Source: Candidatus Hermodarchaeota archaeon (GTDB lineage Archaea; Asgardarchaeota; Lokiarchaeia; Sigyniarchaeales; SOKP01). From it: a stretch of DNA of 64,000 bases. Each line of letters begins with the position of its first letter. Positions within the stretch are counted from its first letter, which is position 1. The notes under the pieces were generated by a model. The model saw only the letters and a program-made list of their open reading frames with translations, did no database searches and was not told the origin of the DNA. Location of the stretch: the NCBI GenBank assembly GCA_048885525.1, contig JBHLLP010000005.1, positions 14,335 through 78,334 on the forward strand, read 5' to 3'. Below, piece by piece: positions 18,584 through 27,820 of this stretch. Made by a program: the position numbers and the translations under genes.

Positions 18584-19357
18584 ATGAGTCTACCGTCAAA
18601 AAAAGCTATTCAAGTGGATGAGAATACAGTAGATTATGAGTACAAGATGTTAAATCATGTTATGCAACTAAGATACCACGAAGATAAATGCGTCGAATGT
18701 GGATTTTGTCATCGTGTTTGCCCCGTTACTGTCTCTATTTATGATGAACCTCTAAAAAAGACAGCTATAGGAACCCCAAAAGATATGAAAATTGAATCAA
18801 ACAAAAAAATCGTAGTCGATACTGAAAAATGCGTCTGGTGCGGGTGTTGTACATGGATCTGTCCTGGTTATACATTAGAGCTTTTCATTAATGGTGAGAA
18901 AAAACTAAATGTAGTTGAAAATGGTTCACTTCCCGAATTTGAAGAAGAGGTAAGAACATTAGAGAATGGACAAAAAGTACGTAAGGTTGTAGAAGGGTCT
19001 ATAACAATTAATTGCAATGAGAAGGATACAAAGGTTTTAGATGCTTTTTGTGATGAATGCGCTGTAAGTGCCATGGAAAGAAAGGATAAAGAAATTGAAG
19101 CAGATCGAGATAAATGTATTTTATGCTTTAAATGTACTGAAGCTGCAGATAATTATGATAATATTAGCGTTGAGATTCATCGCGATAGATTTAAAAATAT
19201 AAAAGGAGAACCTTCTTCTGTGTGGAATGGCATCATGTTGAGAGTTCTTGGAAAAGAAGGTAAAATTAAAGGAATTATGAGCCGAAGTCAAAACAAACTT
19301 GCTGATGCCGTGATGCGATTAATGGGAAAAGAATTTAAAGAAGAAGAGGAAGCCTAA
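18584..19357 (+). CDS. 4Fe-4S polyferredoxin (FwdF/FmdF-like)
   Basis: CVECGFCHRVCP and CVWCGCCTWICP, plus degenerate third and fourth clusters (CDECAV, CILCFKC). Confidence 0.75.
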   Translation: MSLPSKKAIQVDENTVDYEYKMLNHVMQLRYHEDKCVECGFCHRVCPVTVSIYDEPLKKTAIGTPKDMKIESNKKIVVDTEKCVWCGCCTWICPGYTLELFINGEKKLNVVENGSLPEFEEEVRTLENGQKVRKVVEGSITINCNEKDTKVLDAFCDECAVSAMERKDKEIEADRDKCILCFKCTEAADNYDNISVEIHRDRFKNIKGEPSSVWNGIMLRVLGKEGKIKGIMSRSQNKLADAVMRLMGKEFKEEEEA

Positions 19358-19383
19358 ATCTCCACTTTTTTATATTATTTTTA

Positions 19384-20280
19384 TTATTTACTCCCTAGTA
19401 TTTTTTGTTTGTATAATTTATTCTGGTCGAATGCTTGTATAATATCATTCATACGATTTTTAATATTTCTCTTATACATTAGATCTGTATGGGATAATAT
19501 ATAAAATGCATCATCTTTTATTGCTTGAAATATAATCTCACCTGCTTGATTGGGTGAAAGACCCGCTTCAAACATTCGACGAAGCATTTCGAACGTTTTT
19601 TTAGATTCTGGATAGTTCTTAATCACTTTTTCTGTAGCAGACATATAATCTGGACCACGATATTCATCAGGACGATTTCGTTCACAATCCATTATCGTTG
19701 TATTTACAAATGATGGGCAAAAAACAGAAACCTTTATTTTTGAATTTGCTTGTTCAAGCTCCCCTGCTAAAGCTTCAGAGAGAGCAACAACACCATGTTT
19801 TGTAGCAGCATAAATCCCAGTTCCCGTTTCACCTGACATGAGACCAGCAAGAGATGCTGTGTTTACGATATGACACTCATTATCTTGTTTAAGCATGATT
19901 GGGACAAAATTACGAATGCCATGGATTACACCCCAAAAGTTCACATTAATAATCCATTTCCAATCGAGTAGAGAATGTTCCCACATAGGTCCAGGCAAGA
20001 CAACCCCAGCATTATTACATAATAAATTTACTTCACCGAAAGTATCTATTGTTTTTTGCGCTAAATTTTCAACATGTTCCGCTTTTGTAACATCTGTTAA
20101 TACAGATAACACCGCTACTCCCGCTGCTTTTAATTCATCTTCAGCTTTAGATAATGCATCTGCTTCAAGATCGGCAAGTACAATCTTCATCCCTTCCTTT
20201 GCAGCTATGTTAGCAATTCCACGCCCAATACCATTTGCGCCACCAGTGATAACCGCTACTTTATCTTTAAAATCTTTCAT
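19384..20280 (-). CDS. Short-chain dehydrogenase/reductase
   Basis: TGGANGIG, NNAG, catalytic YAATK. Confidence 0.92.
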   Translation of the reverse strand: MKDFKDKVAVITGGANGIGRGIANIAAKEGMKIVLADLEADALSKAEDELKAAGVAVLSVLTDVTKAEHVENLAQKTIDTFGEVNLLCNNAGVVLPGPMWEHSLLDWKWIINVNFWGVIHGIRNFVPIMLKQDNECHIVNTASLAGLMSGETGTGIYAATKHGVVALSEALAGELEQANSKIKVSVFCPSFVNTTIMDCERNRPDEYRGPDYMSATEKVIKNYPESKKTFEMLRRMFEAGLSPNQAGEIIFQAIKDDAFYILSHTDLMYKRNIKNRMNDIIQAFDQNKLYKQKILGSK

Positions 20281-20513
20281 ATATATCTCACTCTAATTTT
20301 TCTTTTTTAAAACCAACATTGGATATTTATAAAAGATAATAAGATTATTTATAACATTTATTAAAAAAAAAGCAAAATTAAATTATTTCACATTTATATC
20401 TCCTTTAAATTTCCTACATATCGTTCTTATATGTGGAAAAATATAAAACTAAAAAATTAAAAAACTATCTACCACATATTTAGATTGTCATTTCTAAATT
20501 AAATATAAAAAAA

Positions 20514-21530
20514 GTGATAATGATGGCAAAAAGAGTCGCAATTAATGGTTTTGGTAGAATCGGTCGATTATTTTTTAGAGCAGTATACGATAATTTCTGG
20601 AATGACATTGATGTTGTTTCAATTAACGATCTGTTTGAACCCAAATATTTAGCATATGCCTTAAAATATGATACCGTCTTTGGAAGATTTAAAGGAAAAG
20701 TAGAATCAACTGAAAATTCATTGATTATCGATGGTAAAAATATACCAATCACTGCTGAGAGAGATCCTGCGAATTTACCACATGCTAATAATAATATTGA
20801 TGTTGCTGCTGAATGTACCGGTCGATTTGTTAATAGAGAAGGAGCTAGCAAACATTTAACTGCTGGCGCAAAAAGAGTCCTAATTAGTGCTCCAGCAACG
20901 GATCCAGATATTACTGTTGTATTGGGATGTAATGATGATAAAATTTCATATGAGCATAAGATTATTTCGAATGCTTCCTGTACAACTAACTGTCTAGCAC
21001 CTGTAGTTAAAGTTCTGCAAGATAATTTCAAAATCAAATACGGTTTAATGACAACTATCCACTCATATACAAATGATCAAACTACAGGAGATATCGCAAG
21101 AGCAGGTAGTCCAGATAAAATGATTCGTGGAAGATCTGCTGCTCAAAATATGATTCCTACATCTACAGGTGCAGCTAAAGCAATTGGATTAGTTTTTCCT
21201 GAATTAAAGGGGAAACTAGATGGTATTGCTGTAAGAGTACCAACAATCGACGGTAGTGTAGTAGATTTAAAAGCTATTCTAGAAACTAGATGTAATGCTG
21301 AAGATATTAATTCTAAAATGAAGGAAGCCTCCAATAACAGTTTAAGGGGTATCTTAGAATATACTGAAGACCCAATTGTAAGTAGTGATATTATAGGGAA
21401 CCCACACAGCTCAATATTCAATAGTCTTTGGACTAAAGTTATTGAGGATCAAGTTTTTGTGTTGAGCTGGTATGATAATGAATGGGGTTTCTCTAACCGA
21501 ATGGCTGAATTGATTATTAAAAGATTATAA
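20514..21530 (+). CDS. gap: Class I (bacterial/eukaryotic-type) glyceraldehyde-3-phosphate dehydrogenase
   Basis: INGFGRIGR, SNASCTTNCLAP, PTSTGAAKA, WYDNEWG. True start is probably ATG 20520 or 20523. Confidence 0.95.
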   Translation: MIMMAKRVAINGFGRIGRLFFRAVYDNFWNDIDVVSINDLFEPKYLAYALKYDTVFGRFKGKVESTENSLIIDGKNIPITAERDPANLPHANNNIDVAAECTGRFVNREGASKHLTAGAKRVLISAPATDPDITVVLGCNDDKISYEHKIISNASCTTNCLAPVVKVLQDNFKIKYGLMTTIHSYTNDQTTGDIARAGSPDKMIRGRSAAQNMIPTSTGAAKAIGLVFPELKGKLDGIAVRVPTIDGSVVDLKAILETRCNAEDINSKMKEASNNSLRGILEYTEDPIVSSDIIGNPHSSIFNSLWTKVIEDQVFVLSWYDNEWGFSNRMAELIIKRL

Positions 21531-21566
21531 ATGTAAAATTTATTCAATCCTTTTTTTATTTTTTTC

Positions 21567-22121
21567 CTATAATATAAGATTTAGAAGTGTAATTATAGTT
21601 ATTAAGAAACTACTTAATAGAATTATAAAAAGATTAGAACTCTGCGTTTTAATTCTTCTTCTTATAAGCATGAATTTAAATCCTACAGCAATGTGTAATA
21701 TTATACAAATTGCTAGAAAGTAATCATAATAGATATGCACTTCAAAAGGAATTACAATTCCTATAGTTCCTTGATACCAATCAAAATATCCTAGACCTGA
21801 TAAAACAACCAAAGCGGCTAAAATGATTATTACTCTATTTGTAATTAGTTGTATCAACCTTAATATGTATATGGGGCGAGCTCTTTCATTTTTTAGCCCT
21901 TTAAAGATTCGAGGAAACCAAAGTTTCAAGTATTTTTGTGAAAGAATGCAGTGGATAATAAGTAATCCCATTAAAGTCCATTCGACAACCATGTGAAGAA
22001 TGGGATAGAAATCATAAATTTCCAGAAATTCATGTGAACTCACTATAGCAAGCACAAATAATGAAAAAACTGCAACTAACCAAGATATATTCCTGTGTAA
22101 TTTTAATCCGTTTATTTTCAT
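21567..22121 (-). CDS. Membrane protein with paired intramembrane His (cytochrome b-like)
   Basis: About 5 TM; His in LHRN, ILHMV, IIHCI, VHIY, ILHIA, arranged as an internal duplication. Confidence 0.55.
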   Translation of the reverse strand: MKINGLKLHRNISWLVAVFSLFVLAIVSSHEFLEIYDFYPILHMVVEWTLMGLLIIHCILSQKYLKLWFPRIFKGLKNERARPIYILRLIQLITNRVIIILAALVVLSGLGYFDWYQGTIGIVIPFEVHIYYDYFLAICIILHIAVGFKFMLIRRRIKTQSSNLFIILLSSFLITIITLLNLIL

Positions 22122-22123
22122 AA

Positions 22124-22786
22124 TTACATTTCCTTTTTCTTAAAATTCAATTGATATACAAACCAATTTCCAAATTGATCATCTAATTCAAAACCAGCTT
22201 CATCTGCCCACTTTTTTTCTGTTTTGCGCCTCGGGTAATCAGGATCAGGAATCATTTCACTTAACGATATTAACCCATTAGGTTTTAAAACTCTTTTAAT
22301 TTCTTTAAGAGCTCGTATAGGTTCTGGAATTTCGGGAAGACAAGCAATCATTAGAATACGATCAATGCTTTCATCTTCAAACGAGAGATTATACACATCT
22401 TCTATTTTAGGGATAATATTAATAATATTCTCTTTTTCTATTCTTTTTTTTAACCTATTTATTACTGATTCTTGGATATCTATAGCAAACACTTTTCCTT
22501 TCGGTAAAACATTTTTTGCGATTGCTTTTGTATAGCTCCCTTTTCCTGGTCCAATTTCAACTACTATCATACCAGATTCGAGATTCATCCTTTCAGCTAT
22601 CTTTTTAGGTTTTTGTATAAATTTCCTTCTAATAGGATTGTCTATTAGAAGTGTCATAAAACCAGGGATCGGAAATTTATGATATCTTCGAATTATTCTT
22701 AATATGATAAATACAATAAAGAATAAAGTTCCCAGGATTATAAGAAATGTCAAAAAAATGATTCTTAAGATAAGCCAAATATCCAT
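22124..22786 (-). CDS. Class I SAM-dependent methyltransferase with N-terminal TM anchor
   Basis: VVEIGPGKG, AIDIQ, FEDESID, RVLKPNG. Confidence 0.88.
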   Translation of the reverse strand: MDIWLILRIIFLTFLIILGTLFFIVFIILRIIRRYHKFPIPGFMTLLIDNPIRRKFIQKPKKIAERMNLESGMIVVEIGPGKGSYTKAIAKNVLPKGKVFAIDIQESVINRLKKRIEKENIINIIPKIEDVYNLSFEDESIDRILMIACLPEIPEPIRALKEIKRVLKPNGLISLSEMIPDPDYPRRKTEKKWADEAGFELDDQFGNWFVYQLNFKKKEM

Positions 22787-22877
22787 TGATATTAAACTCT
22801 TGAAATTCTACGAAGTTTGTTTAATTAACTAAATAAAAGAATAATCCTTTTAAAGTTCTTTAAATAATAAAATAACC

Positions 22878-23807
22878 ATGGATCTTAGCACGGGAAAACC
22901 AATTGAATTATCAGATAAAAGTCTATTCGATGAATATTTTAGCAAATATCCCCCAGAAAGTTCTGAATTTACATTTACTAACTTGTTTATGTGGAGGAAT
23001 TATTATAATTTCTTATTTATGGAATTTGAGGGGCATTTAATCCTACATTCTAAAGATTATTTAAGAAACAGAAAAAAACCGATTAATGCAGACTCTAATA
23101 ATTATATTTACTTCTTTCCTCCAATAGGTCTTTATCCAGAAAAAATCATTATTAAATTATTTGAAAATTTTGAGAATATAGAAATACATAGGGTTCCAGA
23201 AGAAATATGTGAAAAATTAGCTCAAAATGAGAATTTTACTAAATTAAATTTAGGTTGCATTGAAGATAGGAATAATTGGGATTATGTATATAACAAAGAA
23301 GAAATTCTCAATTTAGCTGGAAACAAGTATAGGCAAAATCGAAGGTGGTTACAAAAATTCCTAACCAATTACAATCACGATTTTAAGTTAATAACGGAAA
23401 AAGATATTGAAAAGTGTAAAGAACTTCAATTGGAATGGTGTATAATGAGAGCTTGCACTGAAGATGAGAGTTTAGAGGCTGAACAAGCGGCGATTTATGA
23501 AGCCTTGAACAATTTTAACGCTCTAAAATTTAAGGGGGGAATACTATGTGTTGATGATAAATGTGCTGCTTATACTTTTGGTGAAATGTTAAATACTAAA
23601 ACTTTAGTAATTCATATTGAAAAGGCTCACATGGAATATGAAGGATCCTATCAAGCCATCAATAACTTCTTCTTAAAAAACTGTTGTGTAGATGCTATAT
23701 GTGTTAATCGGGAACAAGATTTAGGGATAGAGGGCTTAAGAAGGGCAAAAGAGTCGTATAAGCCAATTAAAATGAATAAAAAAAGTATTGTCTATAAAAT
23801 AGTGTAA
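22878..23807 (+). CDS. DUF2156-family protein (aminoacyl-transferase / LPG synthase C-terminal-like)
   Basis: SEFTFTNLFMW, DYVY, IHIEKA, NREQDLGIEGLRRAKESY. Confidence 0.82.
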   Translation: MDLSTGKPIELSDKSLFDEYFSKYPPESSEFTFTNLFMWRNYYNFLFMEFEGHLILHSKDYLRNRKKPINADSNNYIYFFPPIGLYPEKIIIKLFENFENIEIHRVPEEICEKLAQNENFTKLNLGCIEDRNNWDYVYNKEEILNLAGNKYRQNRRWLQKFLTNYNHDFKLITEKDIEKCKELQLEWCIMRACTEDESLEAEQAAIYEALNNFNALKFKGGILCVDDKCAAYTFGEMLNTKTLVIHIEKAHMEYEGSYQAINNFFLKNCCVDAICVNREQDLGIEGLRRAKESYKPIKMNKKSIVYKIV

Positions 23808-23812
23808 TTTAG

Positions 23813-24622
23813 TTATTGTTTATCTCTAATTTTTTCCTTTTTAAAAGCATATAAAGCTTTTAACGGTAAGGTTGTAAGAAATGCTATATATTCGCGTTCC
23901 TTTACTTCAGGATCGTTATTTTGTGCTGTTAATAATTCAATATTCTTTTTAACAAAATCTAGCTCTGCTTTCTTATATTGCTCATAATATTTTTCACTGA
24001 AATAGCTATAACCAATAGAAGGTGCCAATTTCGATTCAAAGCTAAAATATTTGTCATATATTTTTTTTGCATTTGGGAGATCATCAAGGTGTAATTCAAA
24101 ACTATTTAATAATGGCTTTAATAAGTCTAATAGTTTTTTAAAACTATGAATTGCAACTCTACAAAGATCTATTTCTTTTCTGTAGAATTCAACTAATTTT
24201 TTTGGATCTGCTGGTGATTCGTGACTAATCGGACTATATTCAAGTACTTGTAGTACTTTTTTATTTAGTTGATATAATTTTGGAGGGATTTTTCCTTTTT
24301 GATGCTTCTCAGCTTTTCGTGAAATAATCATACCGTCTTCTTCCATACTTTTAAGATGTCTAGCTACTGTAGATTTACTTTGTTCAACCATGTGACTAAT
24401 TTGGGTTATATTCAATTCACCAAATACTGATAAAATGCTCATAAGATCAAATCGTATATTATATTTACCCAATAGATGAAACCAGTTTTCAATTGTTTTG
24501 ATTTCTTTATCATTCAATTTTACTTCAATTTTTTCTCCATTTGGTAAGGTTATAGTGAATTTTTGTTCCTTATCCACTTTCAGCTTTTCCGGTACAATTT
24601 CACGGAATTCTTCTTTAGACAT
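23813..24622 (-). CDS. ArsR-like winged-helix transcriptional regulator (module 1)
   Basis: IRFDLMSIL...ELNITQISHMVEQSKSTVARHLKSMEEDGMI. Confidence 0.85.
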   Translation of the reverse strand: MSKEEFREIVPEKLKVDKEQKFTITLPNGEKIEVKLNDKEIKTIENWFHLLGKYNIRFDLMSILSVFGELNITQISHMVEQSKSTVARHLKSMEEDGMIISRKAEKHQKGKIPPKLYQLNKKVLQVLEYSPISHESPADPKKLVEFYRKEIDLCRVAIHSFKKLLDLLKPLLNSFELHLDDLPNAKKIYDKYFSFESKLAPSIGYSYFSEKYYEQYKKAELDFVKKNIELLTAQNNDPEVKEREYIAFLTTLPLKALYAFKKEKIRDKQ

Positions 24623-24802
24623 TTTTTAAATCATCACTCTAAAATTCATTAATTTTTTTCATATCGTGTTAGTTTCAGTTTTTTTCTTTAATAATAATAT
24701 AGCGTATTATTTTTTTAATTTTTTGGTTTGACAGTCCGTTTCATAAATTTATACATTTTAGTATTTGAGATTGTTTTTTCTCGATTTAATAGTTCTATTC
24801 AA

Positions 24803-24833
24803 TATCATACCAATGATAAGATTTAAATATGAA
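24803..24833 (+). promoter_or_regulatory. Module 1 operator plus TATA core
   Basis: TATCAT-ACCA-ATGATA (24803-24818), 2 nt, then ATTTAAATATGAA (24821-24833). Confidence 0.6.
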
Positions 24834-24889
24834 ACGTCCCAATATTATAATGCCATATTGAAAATTAATTTAAAAATAAAAAATAAGAT

Positions 24890-25597
24890 TTGATGAAAAA
24901 AATATTTGAGGTGAAAATGATAGTGAAAAAGAAATCAAATGTGACTAAAGGACTGATCGTCGCAACACTTTTAATAACGATCATTACACTTCTTACAACA
25001 GTGAACGCTTGTGCCTCTAATCGCGTCTATTTCATGGCAATAGGAGATGATCTAGATCTCGCTAGAACTAATAATTTTATCATAGGTAATATTAAACTCG
25101 GTGAAGACGGTGAGCCTGAATCGGCAGGAGTATTTTTCTATTCAAAAATCTATGATGAATCAGGTCAATATGCAATGATAGGAATGACCACAAATGGGAT
25201 TCTGGTAACCGACCAATTAACATTTTATTGCCCAGTCTTTAGTGTCTGGTTCACTAATGTGTGGGCTTTCGTGGGTGAGGGATTGTTTAGAACTACTGAT
25301 ACCAATATCGACTTAGTTTTTCGAAGAACATTTCCAATAACCATGCCAAATACCGAAGGTCAATGGGTCCCAGCTTCCATTTTTATATGGCTAAGCCCTA
25401 CAGGTGAATATTATGAAGGTGATCCCGAAGATCCCAATTATCCCCCTCAACCGATAGGCGAAGTTCAAATTATGGAACCAGGATGGGCCCTTGCTGGGGT
25501 TTTTTGGAATGTTAGCATCCCAATGGATGTGGGGTTTGGATTAGGTATATTACCGATCGGTCCGATATCCTATTTGACATCATACATAGAAATATGA
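24890..25597 (+). CDS. Secreted protein of unknown function (module 1)
   Basis: Basic N-terminus, hydrophobic helix and TTVNA cleavage-like site; acidic, aromatic- and Gly/Pro-rich mature part. Start is probably 24917 or 24923, after GAGGTG. Confidence 0.75.
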   Translation: MMKKIFEVKMIVKKKSNVTKGLIVATLLITIITLLTTVNACASNRVYFMAIGDDLDLARTNNFIIGNIKLGEDGEPESAGVFFYSKIYDESGQYAMIGMTTNGILVTDQLTFYCPVFSVWFTNVWAFVGEGLFRTTDTNIDLVFRRTFPITMPNTEGQWVPASIFIWLSPTGEYYEGDPEDPNYPPQPIGEVQIMEPGWALAGVFWNVSIPMDVGFGLGILPIGPISYLTSYIEI

Positions 25598-25721
25598 GTC
25601 CCATAACGCTAAGTCATTTGTAACAGATAAAAAATATATTCTAAAATCTTTTTTTTTTAAACCGCTTTAACCATCAATTTGATGATAATATCAAAATAAA
25701 AAAAAATGAATTGATAAAAAA

Positions 25722-26111
25722 ATGACCGAAATTAAAAAACTTACAAAAATTGCTCTTATAGTGGATGCTGTTATTTTTATTATATTTGGAACCATGCTTA
25801 TCTTTCTATATGATGCGACGTTGAATACGGAGGGTTGGACAAATCCATTATTTCCAAGAGGTTTTGGGGGTCTTATCTATGTCGCTGCTCTTTACGCAGT
25901 TATAATGCTTCGCAAAAAGGAATGGGAAGAGATTAAATTGGCATATTTATTTTTGTTTAGCTTGTGTATACCAGTAATAATTATTGAAGCTACAGTATTA
26001 GGAGTGCTTGGGTCAACTTTTAAGGTTGTAACTGTCTCTCAGATGATCTTCGACTTGATTATGATTAGTGCAAAGGTAGCTCTTGGCTTTGTCGCTTATT
26101 TCCGACAGTGA
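25722..26111 (+). CDS. 4-TM membrane protein (module 1), paralogue of 27359-27763
   Basis: MTEIKKLTKI...KKEWEEIKLAYLF...SQMIFDLIMIS...YFRQ. Confidence 0.8.
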   Translation: MTEIKKLTKIALIVDAVIFIIFGTMLIFLYDATLNTEGWTNPLFPRGFGGLIYVAALYAVIMLRKKEWEEIKLAYLFLFSLCIPVIIIEATVLGVLGSTFKVVTVSQMIFDLIMISAKVALGFVAYFRQ

Positions 26112-26191
26112 GGATAAACGCAAAAAATGAATAATTTTTAAATTAAATTTTTTTTCTTTTTATTTTTTCTATATATATTCAGGAACTAATG

Positions 26192-26893
26192 CTATTTTTT
26201 ATTGATAAATTTTTTTAACTCCATTTCTTCAAATAGAATTTTAACCGGTATACCCGCGTGAAACCAATAAATGTATTTTTCTTGATTAGGGTTTTCCTTT
26301 TGTTCCTTGATACACTGTTCTTCAAATTCTATAATAAATTTATAAAGTAGTTTCTGCAATCTCTTCCATTGATTCTCAGTAAAAAAGAACCTGCCCCCAA
26401 AAAAATGACTAATATCGAGTTTTGTGTAATTTACCGTTTTATAAATTTCTTTATAAATTTCTACTATATCGTCAGAATCAGTTTCTTCTAGATATTCACA
26501 GAATTTAATACATTTATCTAAAATTCTTCTATTATACAATACTGAAGATTTTGTTGATTTAGCAATTTTTTGAACCAGTTCTTTATTAAACCCATGTGAA
26601 AGATCATAAGCAGCTATTAAGGTTATTTCATCAGCATCAGGAGTTAGAGAATAATAATGGGCTTCTATATTAGCCCGAACATGTTCTTTTTTAGAAATTT
26701 CAACAATTCCAAGCTCGATCAATTTTTGCAAATGAGGATGTATTGTAGATTTTGACTTTCCTAATTTTTTCGCTAGTTCAGTAAAACTTAATTCAGGATA
26801 TACGTTTAATAGACCCCATATTCTAAATCGTATTCCTGTTAAATCTGAAATATCTATTGTTGATTTTATTTCATTCTCTTCCAAATCACCCAC
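26192..26893 (-). CDS. ArsR-like winged-helix transcriptional regulator (module 2)
   Basis: IRFRIWGLL...ELSFTELAKKLGKSKSTIHPHLQKLIELGIV; paralogous to 23813-24622. Confidence 0.85.
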   Translation of the reverse strand: MGDLEENEIKSTIDISDLTGIRFRIWGLLNVYPELSFTELAKKLGKSKSTIHPHLQKLIELGIVEISKKEHVRANIEAHYYSLTPDADEITLIAAYDLSHGFNKELVQKIAKSTKSSVLYNRRILDKCIKFCEYLEETDSDDIVEIYKEIYKTVNYTKLDISHFFGGRFFFTENQWKRLQKLLYKFIIEFEEQCIKEQKENPNQEKYIYWFHAGIPVKILFEEMELKKFINKK

Positions 26894-27152
26894 CTTTAAG
26901 ACAATTTAATGAATCTTAAAAAACAAGTTTTTTCTATTAATTACTTCACTTTATATCTCTTCTTTATTTGTTTTAATAGAATCAATTCAAGTTTATAAGT
27001 ATTATTAATAATACGAATAATAAATAATCGAATATATAAATAATCTTATTATTTTAATATTATATTGTCGGATTATGTCGAATCGATTCATACAAATTCA
27101 TGTTTTTATTATAAATTTATAAAGTGTTTTTTAAAAATTTTGATTTCTATTA

Positions 27153-27183
27153 TTCGAAGTATATCGAAATATTTAAATATGAA
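27153..27183 (+). promoter_or_regulatory. Module 2 operator plus TATA core
   Basis: TTCGA-AGTATA-TCGAA (27153-27168), 2 nt, then ATTTAAATATGAA (27171-27183). Confidence 0.6.
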
Positions 27184-27358
27184 TGTGATCTAATTTATTA
27201 ATAAAGCCGAATAATGAAAGGTTCACTATTCTTTAGTATATAATGGTCTTATAAAAGTATACTAAGATTGGGCGAATCGATTCGGAGAATCTAACAAAAA
27301 TCAAATAACGAAATCTAACGCCAAATTAAAAATAAAAAAAAAGAGTCTATAACAAAAA

Positions 27359-27763
27359 ATGACTGAAATTAAAAAACTTACAAAAATTTCACTTTTAGCA
27401 GTTGGTATCGTTAATATCTTATATGGGCCTATGTTATTATTTCTTCCTAATCTTTTTATAAACCTAGGTGTTATAACTCCTACGACAAATCCTTATATTC
27501 TGAGATTTGGTGGTGCAACTTTATTAGGAATGGCAATTTTCGCATTTGTAATTTTAATCAAAAAGGATTGGGAATGGGAAAAGGTAAAATTGGCATATGC
27601 ATTTCTATATTATCTGTTAATTGCGAACATAATCCTGGAACCTACAAAGCTAGTATTTTCAATACCCACTAATATGATGATTTCTCAGACGATCATGGAT
27701 TTAATCATAATGTCTGTACTTCTTGTTCTTGGTGTTTACTCTTACATCAAACAGAGAGAATAA
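27359..27763 (+). CDS. 4-TM membrane protein (module 2), paralogue of 25722-26111
   Basis: MTEIKKLTKI...KKDWEWEKVKLAYAF...SQTIMDLIIMS...YIKQ. Confidence 0.8.
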   Translation: MTEIKKLTKISLLAVGIVNILYGPMLLFLPNLFINLGVITPTTNPYILRFGGATLLGMAIFAFVILIKKDWEWEKVKLAYAFLYYLLIANIILEPTKLVFSIPTNMMISQTIMDLIIMSVLLVLGVYSYIKQRE

Positions 27764-27820
27764 ATAGAAAAATTAAAAATATAATTAATTAAAAATGATA
27801 AATCAAATCAAAAAGAAGAG

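Noticed and set aside
20411-20438. Imperfect inverted repeat between the SDR gene and gap
   Set aside because: Short, bulged and AT-rich; not distinguishable from chance without comparative data.
20480-21421. Antisense ORFs 20480-21037 and 21143-21421
   Set aside because: Shadow frames opposite the highly conserved GAPDH.
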